Below are positions 1 through 11,603 of a stretch of 64,000 bases of DNA, piece by piece. Within the stretch, counting starts at the first letter, position 1. Each line of letters opens with the position of its first letter. A model generated the notes under the pieces. The model was not told the DNA's origin and searched no databases. It was given only the letters and a program-made list of their open reading frames with translations. The translations under genes and the position numbers were made by a program. The DNA comes from Octopus vulgaris (Eukaryota). The stretch spans positions 216,132,001-216,196,000 of the forward strand of contig OX597814.1 of the NCBI GenBank assembly GCA_951406725.2. The letters run 5' to 3'.

Positions 1-19
1 AGAAAATTAATAATAATCC

Positions 20-202
20 TTTCATCTGGAAGCACAAGGCTTCAAATTAGTACCAGTGCATAACTGCTACTAATTTTATCATGCCCGAAAGGATGAAAGG
101 CAAAGTCAACCTCGGTGGAATGTGAACTCAGAACGTAACAGTAGATGAAATAACACTAAGCATTTTGTCCGGCGTGCTAACGATTCTGCTAGCTCGCCGC
201 CT
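20..202 (-). mobile_element. tRNA-derived SINE (family 1)
   Basis: Minus strand starts GGCGGCGAGCTAGCAGAATCGTTAGCA (A-box-like), has GAGTTCACATTCC (B-box-like), then core GACTTTGCCTTTCATCCTTTCGGG; homologous to 1600-2182. Confidence 0.8.
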
Positions 203-510
203 TAATAATACAAGTAATTATTAATAATGATAATAATAATAATAATAATTAGTTAACGATAAGCATCCTTGTCCCAAAACATTCTGTTTCCTGCTTCATT
301 TCACATTCTGATTCCTGCTTCTCACATATACACAAGTCAGTGTCCAATGTAACTTTTCATCTTATAAAAGCTTATGTCAATCCCGGCTCAACTGCGCTGA
401 TTGTTACATTTTATAAATCTACTAATCTGAATGTTTCAAGGTAAAATTACCTTTTCGCACTATCCATTGCTTTCACCCTCCGCTTCATTAGCACCCTGTC
501 TGTTTGTCTG

Positions 511-575
<65 letters not shown>

Positions 576-811
576 AAAATCACCTTTTATCAATTCAAAA
601 TGAACAATTAAATTACACCATCTGTAATTACATATATGTAATTTTCTAGATGATGTAATTTAATTGTTAATTTTTTAAATTTTGAATTGATAAAAGGTGT
701 TTTGTTTTCTAATTTTTATATATATATATATTATATTTTGTGAAATTTGATTTAGTATTTCTAAATTGAGTTTTTCCCTGTAAGTTAGGAATAATATTCC
801 CTCAAATTATT

Positions 812-843
<32 letters not shown>

Positions 844-946
844 TAAGAAGGTATTGTTGTTCACTTGAAGCATTGTATATTGTTTGTAAAATATAATGTG
901 ACTTGAATGGCACAACAATGCACTAAACTAACAACGTTACAATTTA

Positions 947-1078
947 ATCATCCATAGTCTGATATAATATTTTGGAATATCAAAATTCCTAGGGATTAGC
1001 AGTGACTCAATGAATTCCTAGGGATAACTGAAGAAGGAATTTCTATATTCCGAAATATTATATCAGACTATGGATGAT
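947..1078. mobile_element. MITE, PIF/Harbinger (Tourist)-like
   Basis: ~43-bp imperfect TIRs ATCATCCATAGTCTGATATAATATTT...AAATATTATATCAGACTATGGATGAT with TTA on both flanks (944-946, 1079-1081). Confidence 0.65.
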
Positions 1079-1224
1079 TTAATTATAGCAGTTATTATAG
1101 TCCATTGTTGTTATTATGGTGTTGTGCCATTCAAGACACACACACACATATATATATATAATATATTATATATATATATGTATGTATGTGTGTATGTATG
1201 TATGTGTGTATGTATGTATGTATG

Positions 1225-1255
<31 letters not shown>

Positions 1256-1599
1256 ATGTGTGTGTATATGTATATATATATATGCATGTATGTATGTATA
1301 TAAAGGAATACAAAAAAAGGGACAAGGACGCAAAACATCCAGACAGATGATACGAAAAAGAGACAAGAATAAAAGGACGGGTCATCTCAAGTGACATACC
1401 ATGCGTAAGAAAATACCATAATTAATAATTAAGAATGCTACAAGTATCACCAGCACGCTAGAAATGGCAGTCAGAAGACAACTATAACCACAAAACAATT
1501 AGTTCGTTATTGGGACAGGGACTCATTGCCCTGATTTCAATTAATATGTGTCAGAGAAATTTTTTGGTTGTAGTCGTATTGCTCTCAGCACTCTTAATT

Positions 1600-2182
1600 A
1601 TTCTTTTCTACTCTAGGCACACAGACCGAAATTTTGGGGGAGGCAGCCAGTGGATTAGAATAACCCCACCATGCAACTGGTACTTAATTTATAGACCCTG
1701 AAAAGATGAAAGGTGAAGTTGACCTCGGCGGAATTTGAACTCAGAACATAGCGGCAGACAAAATACCTATTTCTTTATTACCCACTAGGGGCTAAACATA
1801 GAGGAGACAAACAAGGAAAGACAAACGGATTAAGTCGATTATATCGACCCCAGTGCGTAACTAGTACTTATTTTAATCGACCCCGAGAGGATGAAAGGCA
1901 AAGTCGACCTCAGTGGAATTTGAACTCAGAACATAACGGCAGACGAAATACCTATTTCTTTACTACCCACAAGGGGCTAAACACAATGAGGACAAACAAG
2001 GACAAACGGATTAAGTCGATTATATCGACCTCCAGTGAGTAACTGGTACTTATTTAATCGACCCCGAAAGGACGAAGGGCAAAGTTGACCTCGGCGGAAT
2101 TTGAACTCAGAAACGTAACGGCAGACGAAATACGGCTAAGCATTTCGCCTGGCGTGCTAACGTTTCAGCCAGCTCGCAGCCT
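1600..2182 (-). mobile_element. SINE family 1 with internally triplicated ~175-bp core
   Basis: Three copies of GAAAGGCAAAGTCGACCTCGGCGGAATTTGAACTCAGAAC and one tRNA-like head ending at ~2182. Confidence 0.8.
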
Positions 2183-2509
2183 AAGCACCCTAAATTATGT
2201 ATATGTGTGTGTGCACGCACCGTTCATTTTTGATATTATTTACCCCTGACATTGAATTTTGTCAACATTTAATCATTTAAACATCGTTCTCTAGTTCGTA
2301 ATTTTAAACCCTGTTAAAATCGCTTTGTTTTCTGTACATTTGTATCATTGATAAACAACATATTGCTGAAACTAGTTTGGAATAAATAAATAAATTTTAA
2401 ATAAATAAAACAATTACAAGTTTTTCAAATTCTGGTGCCTTTTCGCAAACATCTTCTCTATTTCTTCCTGCAAGAAATACACCTCTTCTTTCCATATGTA
2501 TATATATAT

Positions 2510-2896
2510 ATATATAAGGCTGAAGTTGTCTGTGTGTGGCAGGTTTGGTAGCCTTCAACTAACACTATCTCCTCCGGGACCCTGCGGCGCAAGTTGACCA
2601 ATATTGAGAGTATGATAGAAGAAGGCTTGCTCTACCTTCCGTAGAAGATAAAATTCAAATCGGACCGTGTTAACACCAAAAATTATTTACATCAAAAAGG
2701 TGCTTTTTTTTCTATGAAAATACCTAATTTTTTACGTCTTTTTGACCGCTTTGTCGCCATTTGTCGGTGTATTTCAACCAGAAAAATGTTCACTTAAAGA
2801 GAATAACAAGCTACATAATGGAAAAATTTTTACTTTTCAAAAATTCCAATTCTAAAGGGTCGAAACAAACCTGAGCAATGCCGGGCAATACTGCTA

Positions 2897-2897
<1 letters not shown>
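2510..2897 (+). mobile_element. Non-autonomous Helitron-like element
   Basis: Ends in subterminal GC-rich motif CCTGAGCAATGCCGGG then CTAG|T; 5' end merges into (TA)n. Confidence 0.5.
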
Positions 2898-2937
<40 letters not shown>

Positions 2938-2938
<1 letters not shown>

Positions 2939-3249
2939 TAGATAACCACATGCCGTCCATAATGATGGCTAATTGTAGTATTTCATATACAAATAAGGTA
3001 CATAATAATCACACATACAAACTCCCTTTGTACACACATGCACAGATGAACGCTAATTTTTGTCACCCCTTCCTTCCTTATTCAACTATCACTCCTTCCT
3101 TTCTCTCATTGCTATTACTTTCTCTCACTCCCTCTCAGTCAGAGCTCTTACTCTCACCACTTCTTCACTGAATTACTATTTTCTCTCCTCCTCCACGTCC
3201 GACGTGATTCTGGACAAATATACAAAACACTACGCTCATTATTATATTA

Positions 3250-3252
<3 letters not shown>
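2938..3252 (-). mobile_element. Non-autonomous Helitron-like element
   Basis: Minus strand begins A|TCCTAATATAATAATGAG and ends with hairpin GCCATC-ATTATG-GACGGC then CTAG|T: canonical TC...CTRR termini in an AT target. Confidence 0.6.
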
Positions 3253-3288
<36 letters not shown>

Positions 3289-3292
<4 letters not shown>

Positions 3293-3698
3293 ACTTGTTT
3301 CAGTAAATATGACTAAGGCCATGCTGGAGCACCGCCTTTAGTCGAGCAAATCAACCCCAGGACTTATTCTTTGTAAGCCTAGTACTTATCCTATCGGTCT
3401 CTTTTGCCGAACCGTTAAGTTACGGGGACGTAAACACACCAGCATCGGTTGTCAAGCGATGTTGGGGGGGGGGGATAAACACAGATACATAAACATTTAC
3501 ACACACACACATACACATATATATGTGTATATATATATATATATATTCCACGGGCTTCTTTCTGTTTCCGTCTACCAAATCCACTCAAGGCTTTGGTCGG
3601 CCCGAGGCTATAGTAGAAGACACTTGCCCAAGGTGCCACGAAGTGGGACTGAACCCAGAACCATGTGGTTGGGAAGCAAGCTTCTTAACACACAGCCA
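3289..3698 (-). mobile_element. tRNA-derived SINE (family 2) with LINE-like 3' tail
   Basis: Head GGCTGTGTGTTAAGAAG...GGGTTCAGTCCC, core CACCTTGGGCAAGTGTCTT, internal (CA)/(TA), tail GGCGGTGCTCCAGCATGGCC...CTGAAACAAG; near-copy at 21583-21991. Confidence 0.85.
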
Positions 3699-3769
3699 GA
3701 CACACACACAGACACAGACACACACACATACTCACACGCACACACATATTTGCATATATGATAGTAGCC

Positions 3770-4750
3770 GACTCGATTTCAAGTAGAGCCATTTCCTGAC
3801 TTTTTTATGCCCTAGAATATCATCAATGAGCTGCACGAATGTGATCTTTGAGGCCTGCCAAAGACTTGCATGTTTGTTAACAATTAGCGCAAGAAAACTT
3901 GGTAATTGTATAGTTTACAGCTCCATGAACTTTACTGTGCCTCTTCAAGCCACTTTTCAATCTGCATACTTTATGACAGAGGATGCATTCGAAATCTTTT
4001 GTCCATCTATAATCAATGCGCGGTTGTGCCATGTGGGATTTCATGTGGCTCTTTAACCCAGCCTTACTAAGACAACTCTTTCCACGTTCATCCCATGTAT
4101 GATGACCACGTTCATCAATGTTTGTTAGAATATCATTCCTGTCACTTTGTTTCATTTTTCTTTTGATCTTGCCATGCTCCATTCTCTTTCTTTCAAATTG
4201 ATTTTTGCCTTCATACGAAATTTTTTCCATTTTTCTTGGCAATGCGCTAAATCTTCACAGTTGTCAATTGGAACGTTTATCTTATTCAATCCTGACTTCA
4301 GACAATCTTTGTACCACATCTTTGGTTTGTGGGACGGGCGCTTACCTGTCACCAATTCTCCGTAAAAAAGCTGTTTAGGCATTCTGTTGTTTGTCATTCT
4401 CGCTAAGTGTTCACTCCATCTCAATCTGTACTGCAATAGCAAAGCTTCAATACTGAAGCATTTCCCTCTTTCAAGCCTCTTCATCGTCACTCACAAACAT
4501 TTTCCAGCTGATCCTCAAAATCCTTCTCAGACATTGTTGATGAAAACGTTCCATAAGTTTTAAGTGCTTACGATACACAGTCCAGGTTTCCCAAGCATTC
4601 AACAAAGAGGTTAAGATACATGTATTGTATACCTTAATCTTTGTCGCATGTCTAGACCATAGGCGGTCTTCTAATTTGCCAAAAGCAAAACTGAATTTCT
4701 GAATGCGTAGTGACACTTCATCATCAACATTCGCTGATGTGTTTAATGTA
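3770..4750 (-). mobile_element. RTE/BovB-like LINE, 5'-truncated and frameshifted, with C-terminal C2H2 zinc fingers
   Basis: TKIKVY...ETWTVYRKHLKLMERFHQQCLRRIL, LRWSEHLARM...MPKQLFYGEL, CILCHKVCRLKSGLKRHSKVH in ORFs 4471-4716, 4152-4490, 3877-4242. Confidence 0.85.
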
Positions 4751-5070
4751 TATCATCATGTTTTACCCCGTTCGTGACAGAGATAGGCTCCGACATAAAT
4801 ACACGTTATGTTATTTTTGCATTATCTCAAATGGAATACCCACAAATCTTATTGATTGAAATCCCAATAACTGAACTATTATTAATTTATATTATTATAT
4901 ATTTTTCATATTTCTATATAAATATATTATAATCACGACGCCACTGCACGATATGGTGATGTTGAATACATGGTATATATATTCTCCAGATTAAAATGCA
5001 TATAATGTTAAAGAGTGTGTACCTGGTCAATTTGGAAATTCGTTTTCCCACATTATTCAAATATATACTT

Positions 5071-5133
<63 letters not shown>

Positions 5134-5135
<2 letters not shown>

Positions 5136-5310
5136 TCGTTAGCCACTGCACACATTTTTTTCTCTCCTTGTTTTTTGTGTATCCTTTTCTGTAGAAGAGC
5201 ATAGGCTCGAAACATACAAATCTTTTTCTATTCCTGACCGTTATATTAATACATTTGTTTGTTTTGTACACCACCTGTCTTTGTTTTTTTGTTTTTTTTG
5301 CAAACTCTCC

Positions 5311-5311
<1 letters not shown>
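5134..5311 (+). repeat. Short Penelope-LTR-like repeat with degenerate hammerhead-like motif
   Basis: GAAGA-GC-ATAG-GCTC-GAAAC motif, sits between two (TA)n tracts; the CUGA box is not canonical. Confidence 0.35.
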
Positions 5312-5356
<45 letters not shown>

Positions 5357-5971
5357 AAATAGATATGTATATGTATAACACACAGCAAGCAAAAAACCAA
5401 CAAAAACACAACATACGGAAAACTAGACGAAAACATAACAAATGGGAAACTGGACCAGATCAAGACACATGCAATAGTCGCAGCTGATTTCCTCTTCCGT
5501 CAATGGCCGGGATGTCCTAACAGTTTCGCGCTTTTTAACATTGCCTTTCGTCTAAAATTTTTATAACTATTTATTTATTTTATATTCATACATTTATATT
5601 TTCATTTCAAATATCATATCACTTGATTCAGCAGTGATGTTAATTTTGCTCTTTTGATTAAAATTATATAATTCTTGAACTAGGAAACAACACATTCCAT
5701 ACAAGATCTGTCATTTCTTGTGCTCCAATAAATTTAAATAATCAACAAACCTGGAAATGTTAAAGATAGATAATTAGGGGTGTGGAAAATGCAAAATACA
5801 ACTAAAATATCCAGACATTAATATTTATATTTAAAATTGAAAAAAAAAAAAAATTTACTTTCAGTTTTATAATGAATATTTTCTGTTTGAAATATCTATG
5901 GAGTAATGAACCTAAAATGAATCTTCATTGTTTTATGTATTCTATTTTCTTTTTATTACAGATAACGAAAT

Positions 5972-8179
5972 ATGGCTGCCATGCAGACGACAATAACAGC
6001 AACCAGTTCTCTTATTCTTTCAATCATTCTTATTATCACACTGACATCACTAAACATCGATGCGAAGGAACTCGACAATGCTTGTGAAATTAAAATCCCT
6101 CCCAATGTCAGTGAGATTTTATCTCGTTTAGTAAAATTGGAAAAAAAGGTTTTCAATTTTGAATTCCATTTATCAAACAAGACACTTGATGACCTTCTTA
6201 ATCCTGTACCATTGGATTATTTTGCAAACGCGAGACAATTTACCTGGATTCCAGACGAACCAGACGGTTTAATAGCATATAAAAATTTCTACTATGATTT
6301 TTCAATTTACTCTTTGAATTTGTTAGATGTCTATATTGCTTATCCAAGAATTAATATCGATATAAAATGTAGAAAACAAAATATTCACAGACGCGATATA
6401 ATATATTTGATTTTCAAGGAATTGAAGAAACTCGTATTTATCGATAAATTGCAAATGGGAAAATCAGGATACATGTGTTTTTTTGTAAATTTGTCTCAAG
6501 ACATGAAGAAGAACAGCCCTCACACATATGAAGCTTGCAGAAGAATTGGTATAAATCGGGAGATAGTGAAGAACTATTGCTGTAAACTCTATAAAAACGA
6601 AAGTAATCTTTATCACCCCAAATCTATTTGTTTAGGAAATAATATTGAAAATAGTATGTTTGTCAATTATGAAAATATTGTTGGAACAGTTTTGTGGATA
6701 TTTTTCCCATTGCTTATTAGTTTTGTTTCAAAAGCCAAATTACCTTCATATTACTATCGAAACACAATGCCATACGAATCAGAATGGATCAATGGAAAAC
6801 ATAGTATTTACAGTTTCTCTCATTTTCTGTCTTGCTTATTTTGTTTCCATTATTCTTCTTTCTTTGCCTCAAGACTAAGAAGATTCTTTTGCATTATGTT
6901 TTTTCTTTCAGTAATTCTCCTGGATCTTTTGATGTATTACTTCTTTTTATATGAAACAACAAAAATATTTATACAAGACCGCATACCATTAGGTTTTCGC
7001 ACCCTAATATTAGGAATTCCAGAAAGTTATGAAAATACAGGTGGCTTCCTCGGGGGTCCCTTTTTGTGGTTCATCGGCTACATATTTTTCAACTGTATTC
7101 TCTTCGTTCTTCCCAGTCGTTTAAGTGAGACTCTCGCATATAATACATTACATCAAAGATCCACTTGCACGTTTCTCATTCAAAATATCAGATTATTAGA
7201 GAAATATGGCAGCTTAAATATTTCTACAGAACAGGATTATGATCTACTTTATGCAATAATGAAAGCTAATATTTCTACTGCTTTAAACCCAAATTTCTGG
7301 CATTTAATAGTTTATACTTGGATTAACCGTATAAAGAAAATTTGGTTATATTACTACAACAGAAATATTTTCTGGAAATTCCTATTGCTTTGGTTTTTTA
7401 TTGCGATCACAATTTTATTTGCTTTGTTTTCTGTCTGTGAATTATTTCTGTGCCTCGTTTATTATGGAATTCCAATTGTTTATTGGATTTTAACTTTACC
7501 ATTAAGTTATTCCAAAGTTTATATTTTCCCACTCTATCTGAGTCCCAATTATATTTTCAAGATAGTTGCTGTACCTTTAACATTTCTATCGTTGCCATTT
7601 TATATATCATGGGCGATTTGTTCAATCTACATATTTCTTGTAAGTTTTCAAATCTTAAGCAACTACATATTCACCATAGCTATCGTAGTACTTGCTAAAC
7701 CCGATTGTGTAGGTTACATATGGTTTCTTGCCATGTTTTTCGTTTATGGTATTGCAATTGTGAACGCCTTTCTAAAGCGGTATCAGTCAATAATATTTCA
7801 GTCTATAAAATTCACTAAAATGTTCCGTCCAAATTTAGTTCAGGAAAAATACGGAGAGGAATTCATAAATGCTAAATTGCTCAAGACAATTGTTAGCCAT
7901 CATTTTCCTTTGAGATACGAGATTGGTAAATCCATTGTGAAACTGTTTCTAATCGTATCTTTCTTCTTTGCTTGCAACAATATAATAAATCGAAATGATC
8001 TTGACTTATCAGTTTTCACAAAGATTACTTTGATATTGATGACTTCTATGATACCTAAATTATTGTCAATAATTAATATTAAATTTGATTTTGCCATTTC
8101 TCTCTCAGACAAACTTATTGATACAATTAATATATTCGAAGATGAGAATGCGCCACAGACCAGTGTGTTAATTTACTAA
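5972..8179 (+). CDS. Uncharacterised 735-aa multipass membrane protein (signal peptide, Cys-containing ectodomain, roughly 9-11 hydrophobic segments), single coding exon
   Basis: 2.2-kb ORF in very AT-rich DNA; splice acceptor TTTTCTTTTTATTACAG ends at 5961, 10 nt before the ATG; AATAAA 12 nt after the stop; no transposon motifs. Confidence 0.85.
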   Translation: MAAMQTTITATSSLILSIILIITLTSLNIDAKELDNACEIKIPPNVSEILSRLVKLEKKVFNFEFHLSNKTLDDLLNPVPLDYFANARQFTWIPDEPDGLIAYKNFYYDFSIYSLNLLDVYIAYPRINIDIKCRKQNIHRRDIIYLIFKELKKLVFIDKLQMGKSGYMCFFVNLSQDMKKNSPHTYEACRRIGINREIVKNYCCKLYKNESNLYHPKSICLGNNIENSMFVNYENIVGTVLWIFFPLLISFVSKAKLPSYYYRNTMPYESEWINGKHSIYSFSHFLSCLFCFHYSSFFASRLRRFFCIMFFLSVILLDLLMYYFFLYETTKIFIQDRIPLGFRTLILGIPESYENTGGFLGGPFLWFIGYIFFNCILFVLPSRLSETLAYNTLHQRSTCTFLIQNIRLLEKYGSLNISTEQDYDLLYAIMKANISTALNPNFWHLIVYTWINRIKKIWLYYYNRNIFWKFLLLWFFIAITILFALFSVCELFLCLVYYGIPIVYWILTLPLSYSKVYIFPLYLSPNYIFKIVAVPLTFLSLPFYISWAICSIYIFLVSFQILSNYIFTIAIVVLAKPDCVGYIWFLAMFFVYGIAIVNAFLKRYQSIIFQSIKFTKMFRPNLVQEKYGEEFINAKLLKTIVSHHFPLRYEIGKSIVKLFLIVSFFFACNNIINRNDLDLSVFTKITLILMTSMIPKLLSIINIKFDFAISLSDKLIDTINIFEDENAPQTSVLIY

Positions 8180-8191
8180 TATTTGTGGTAA

Positions 8192-8197
8192 AATAAA
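8192..8197 (+). promoter_or_regulatory. Candidate polyadenylation signal of the 735-aa gene
   Basis: AATAAA just after the stop, followed by T/GT-rich sequence. Confidence 0.5.
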
Positions 8198-8316
8198 ACT
8201 GTTTAAACCTTTTTAGTAATTTGTTTGAATTATTTAATCACATTGTATAATTTTAATAATAGTGATCTGCATTAGTCTATACAAAAAACGGATATAAATA
8301 CCTATAAAGAATCATA

Positions 8317-8928
8317 CAGGCTCGGCCATATCGGGAGTTCAGCTGAAGTGTGTGGATAATTACGAGTACCTTGGCAGCACAATCTCCCCCAATGGATCAC
8401 TTGACATAGAAATTTCACCCAAAATCCACAAGGCCAGCCAGGTATTTAAAAGACTGAAAGTGAAAGTACTCCAGCAGAAAGGCATCAGACTGTCAACAAA
8501 GTTTAAGGTCTACAAGGCTGTAGTTGTCTCTAAACTGCTCTTTTGGTGAGAAGCATAGAACCCATGCCGCCGGCACATCAAACAGCCAGGACATTTTCGC
8601 ACAAGGACCATAGGCATTCGCTGATAAGACAGGATGGCAGACCACGAAGTGCTGCAAGGAACTCGCTCATGAAGCTTTGAGTCCATATTACACTGCACTG
8701 GCCATGTTATCAGATTAATTGCTTCGGCTGAGATTAAATAATATAAATTGTCCTATTGTAAAAAAACGAATTGTATATGGCGAGCTCACGTACAGTTCAC
8801 ACAAACAAAGAAGGCCTTAACTGAAGTATAAGGACACTCTGAAAAGCAAGCACAAACGGAGCAGCATTAGTCCATAGATAACTCAGCGTGGCATCTCTCA
8901 CTTCACGAGCAGCAGCTGTCTTCAAGGT
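8317..8928 (+). mobile_element. Degenerate RTE LINE 3' fragment
   Basis: YEYLGSTISPNGSLDIEI...IRLSTKFKVYKAVVVSKLL. Confidence 0.75.
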
Positions 8929-8990
8929 ATAAATATATACATACATACACACACACATATACATGGATACATACATACATACATATATAC

Positions 8991-9033
<43 letters not shown>

Positions 9034-9179
9034 CATACATATACATTTCAAAATAACATATATATAATATGTTTGTGCTTGTTTGTGTGTGTTGTGTGCG
9101 TGTGGGACAAAAAAGTGAGTAGAGTTGAAGAAATGAACATGAGTGGAAGTGAGGCCTCCATCGGGTGTTATTTTCGTTC

Positions 9180-11010
9180 AGGAAGAAAAACCCAACGTGT
9201 CGGACAGGTAGAAAAATAAACTTGCCCGCAGTCACAGTAGTTCAGTATGTCGCTGGAATCCTGAAGTGAGCAGAGGAGGAAGTAAAGTTGATGGACAGGA
9301 AGTCAAGAAAGCTCCTGATGATGCATGGAGCCCATCATCAACGTGCAGACATTGATCATCTATACACGAAGAGAACGAATGGAGGAAGAGGACGGATTGT
9401 TATGGAAGACTGCGTGCGTATCGAACTCGAGAGCTTAATGAGATATTAAGCCCAAAGTAAGGAAACCTTCATAGCGACAGTTAGGAGCGATGGAGTATTG
9501 TCCAGTGGATATAATTGCTTACTTTGTCATGTCTGTATATATATTCAGACATGGCAAGGACTGGGCAATCCGTATCTGTGTTGATTGCACATTCAGCATT
9601 TGGTTGAGGCCTGTTTTCAGTATTTTGTTTTATAATTGTTTGGAGTTAGGCATTGGTCTTCTGCAATGAGAATCAGTCCTACCGTTTCGGCTTTTAGTCC
9701 AGAGCTTTTGAGCCATTGTTGGATTTTACTTAGGCTCACTTCCTCTCTGTCAAGCCTTGCAGGGTATTGGCCATGAAGTCATTTTTCTCTCCATTTCTCT
9801 CCATGGACAATCCTTACCACATTATCATGATGTCTCTTATATTCTTTCTGGGCTAGTGGTGTACATTGATTGATAATATACCATATGGTTTCACCATTTT
9901 TTCCACAAATTCTCCATTAGGATGGAAGATTGCAAAGATAAAGCATTGTACAAGCAATTGAGAATGAATGTAATTGAAAATAGGTCAGTAAAGAAAACAA
10001 TGCATGGACAATTTCATGGGGATGTTGAAGATAAGACAGACAGAGAAAAACGATGGCTATGGATGACTAAATGTGATTTAAAACCGGAAACGAAGGCTCT
10101 AATCTGTGCTGCCTAAGATCAAGCATTAATAACCAATTATATCAAATATAGAATAGACAACACATCAGAAAATGATAAGTGCAGAAATTTGTGGAAAAAA
10201 TGTTGAAACCATATGGTATATTATCAATCAATGTACGCCACTAGCCCAGAAAGAATATAAGAGACATCATGACAATGTGGTAAGGATTGTCCATGGAGAG
10301 AAATGGAGAGAAAAATGACTTCATGGCCAATACCCTGCAAGGCTTGACAGAGAGGAAGTGAGCCTAAGTAAAATCCAACAATGGCTCAAAAGCTCTGGAC
10401 TAAAAACCGAAACGGTAGGACTGATTCTCATTGCAGAAGACCAATGCCTAACTCCAAACAATTATAAAACAAAATACTGAAAACAGGCCTCAACCAAATG
10501 CTGAATGTGCAATCAACACAGATACGGATTGCCCAGTCCTTGCCATGTCTGAATATATATACAGACATGACAAAGTAAGCAATTATATCCACTGGACAAT
10601 AGGCCAACATTACATCAAAATTGACAACAGGTGGTATAAGCATGTGCCAAGCAACGTCCAAGACAACGATCAGGCCACAGTCATCTGGGATATGCTGTTT
10701 TAACTGACAAAGAAATATAAGCTAATCGCCCAAACATAATAGTCAAGGATTGGGGAAAAAAACACCTGCTTACTGATAGACATTGCAGTTCCTTCAAAAT
10801 AGTGTCAAAAAAGAAACAGAGAAAAGCTCTAAATTGAAGTATTCAAAATATGGGGCATGAACGCAAAAACAATATTAATAATAATAATATCATTGGGCAT
10901 GATAAAAAAAAATCATAAGAATAAAAATGTAAAAGCTTTATCTGGATCCTCAACACTACAAACTGTTCCCAAAAATAGCCCTGCTAGGAACAGGCCACAT
11001 CCTATGCAAC
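9180..11010 (+). mobile_element. Composite of degenerate Dong/R4-like (RLE) LINE 3' fragments
   Basis: DRKSRKLLMMHGAHH..ADIDHLY, MHGQF...LKPETKALICAA, RHD motif and PD-type RLE remnants. Confidence 0.75.
9496..10601. repeat. Inverted duplication, ~418-bp arms (9496-9913 / 10184-10601), ~270-bp spacer
   Basis: Arms are reverse complements with only a few mismatches or indels. Confidence 0.9.
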
Positions 11011-11329
11011 ACACTATCAATCCAATAATGAAACCTAAACAAAACAACTCACAGGTACAAGACACTCTATACAGCATTTACCCAGGGAAATAAACTCCCA
11101 CCAGCAACCTCGGGAACCAACGCATTGCACACTCAACACACAATACAAGCAGTAACACAATAAAAGACAGCACCATACCTCAAGGAAAGAAAAAGCTAAC
11201 GCAATACTGTACCGGAAGAATTCGCACACTCCCAGCAGCAGAAAAGAACATGCAATACTACACAGACCCCAGCAACTCGGAGGTGTTACAAGTGATGCAA
11301 TAGAAATTTCCTTCCAGTCTACTAAATAT

Positions 11330-11590
11330 TGAACAGTTATATAATATGATAATAATATTGTTGAGTCCTTCGGAACAGTATCAGGAGGCATCAAGAAGAA
11401 TATAAAGGAAATTGGAATAGACTGCCCAGTGGAATTGTTAAATAAGGTCTGCTTCCTTGTCTCGGCCAGAATAATCAGGAAAGTATTAGATAGGTGAAAA
11501 GAACGAATAACAGGCACTGTAGGCTGCAGGTAGTAAGCCCGCTACGCATGCAATACTCCAGGATCTCAAACAAAACCTGTGATAAAGCGA
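11330..11590 (+). mobile_element. Dong/R4-like LINE extreme 3' fragment
   Basis: IIIVESFGTVS...ARIIRKVL-type RLE C-terminus, ending at (TAA)n. Confidence 0.55.
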
Positions 11591-11603
11591 TAATAATAAT
11601 AAT

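Noticed and set aside
2414-2467. Possible minus-strand terminal exon EEIEKMFAKRHQNLKNL* after acceptor TTTCTTGCAG
   Set aside because: Too short, no recognisable homology, and no linked upstream exon
5470-5535. CpG-richer patch with ETS-like (CTTCCG) and YY1-like (AATGGCCG) motifs
   Set aside because: Could be a promoter, but strand and target gene cannot be assigned from sequence
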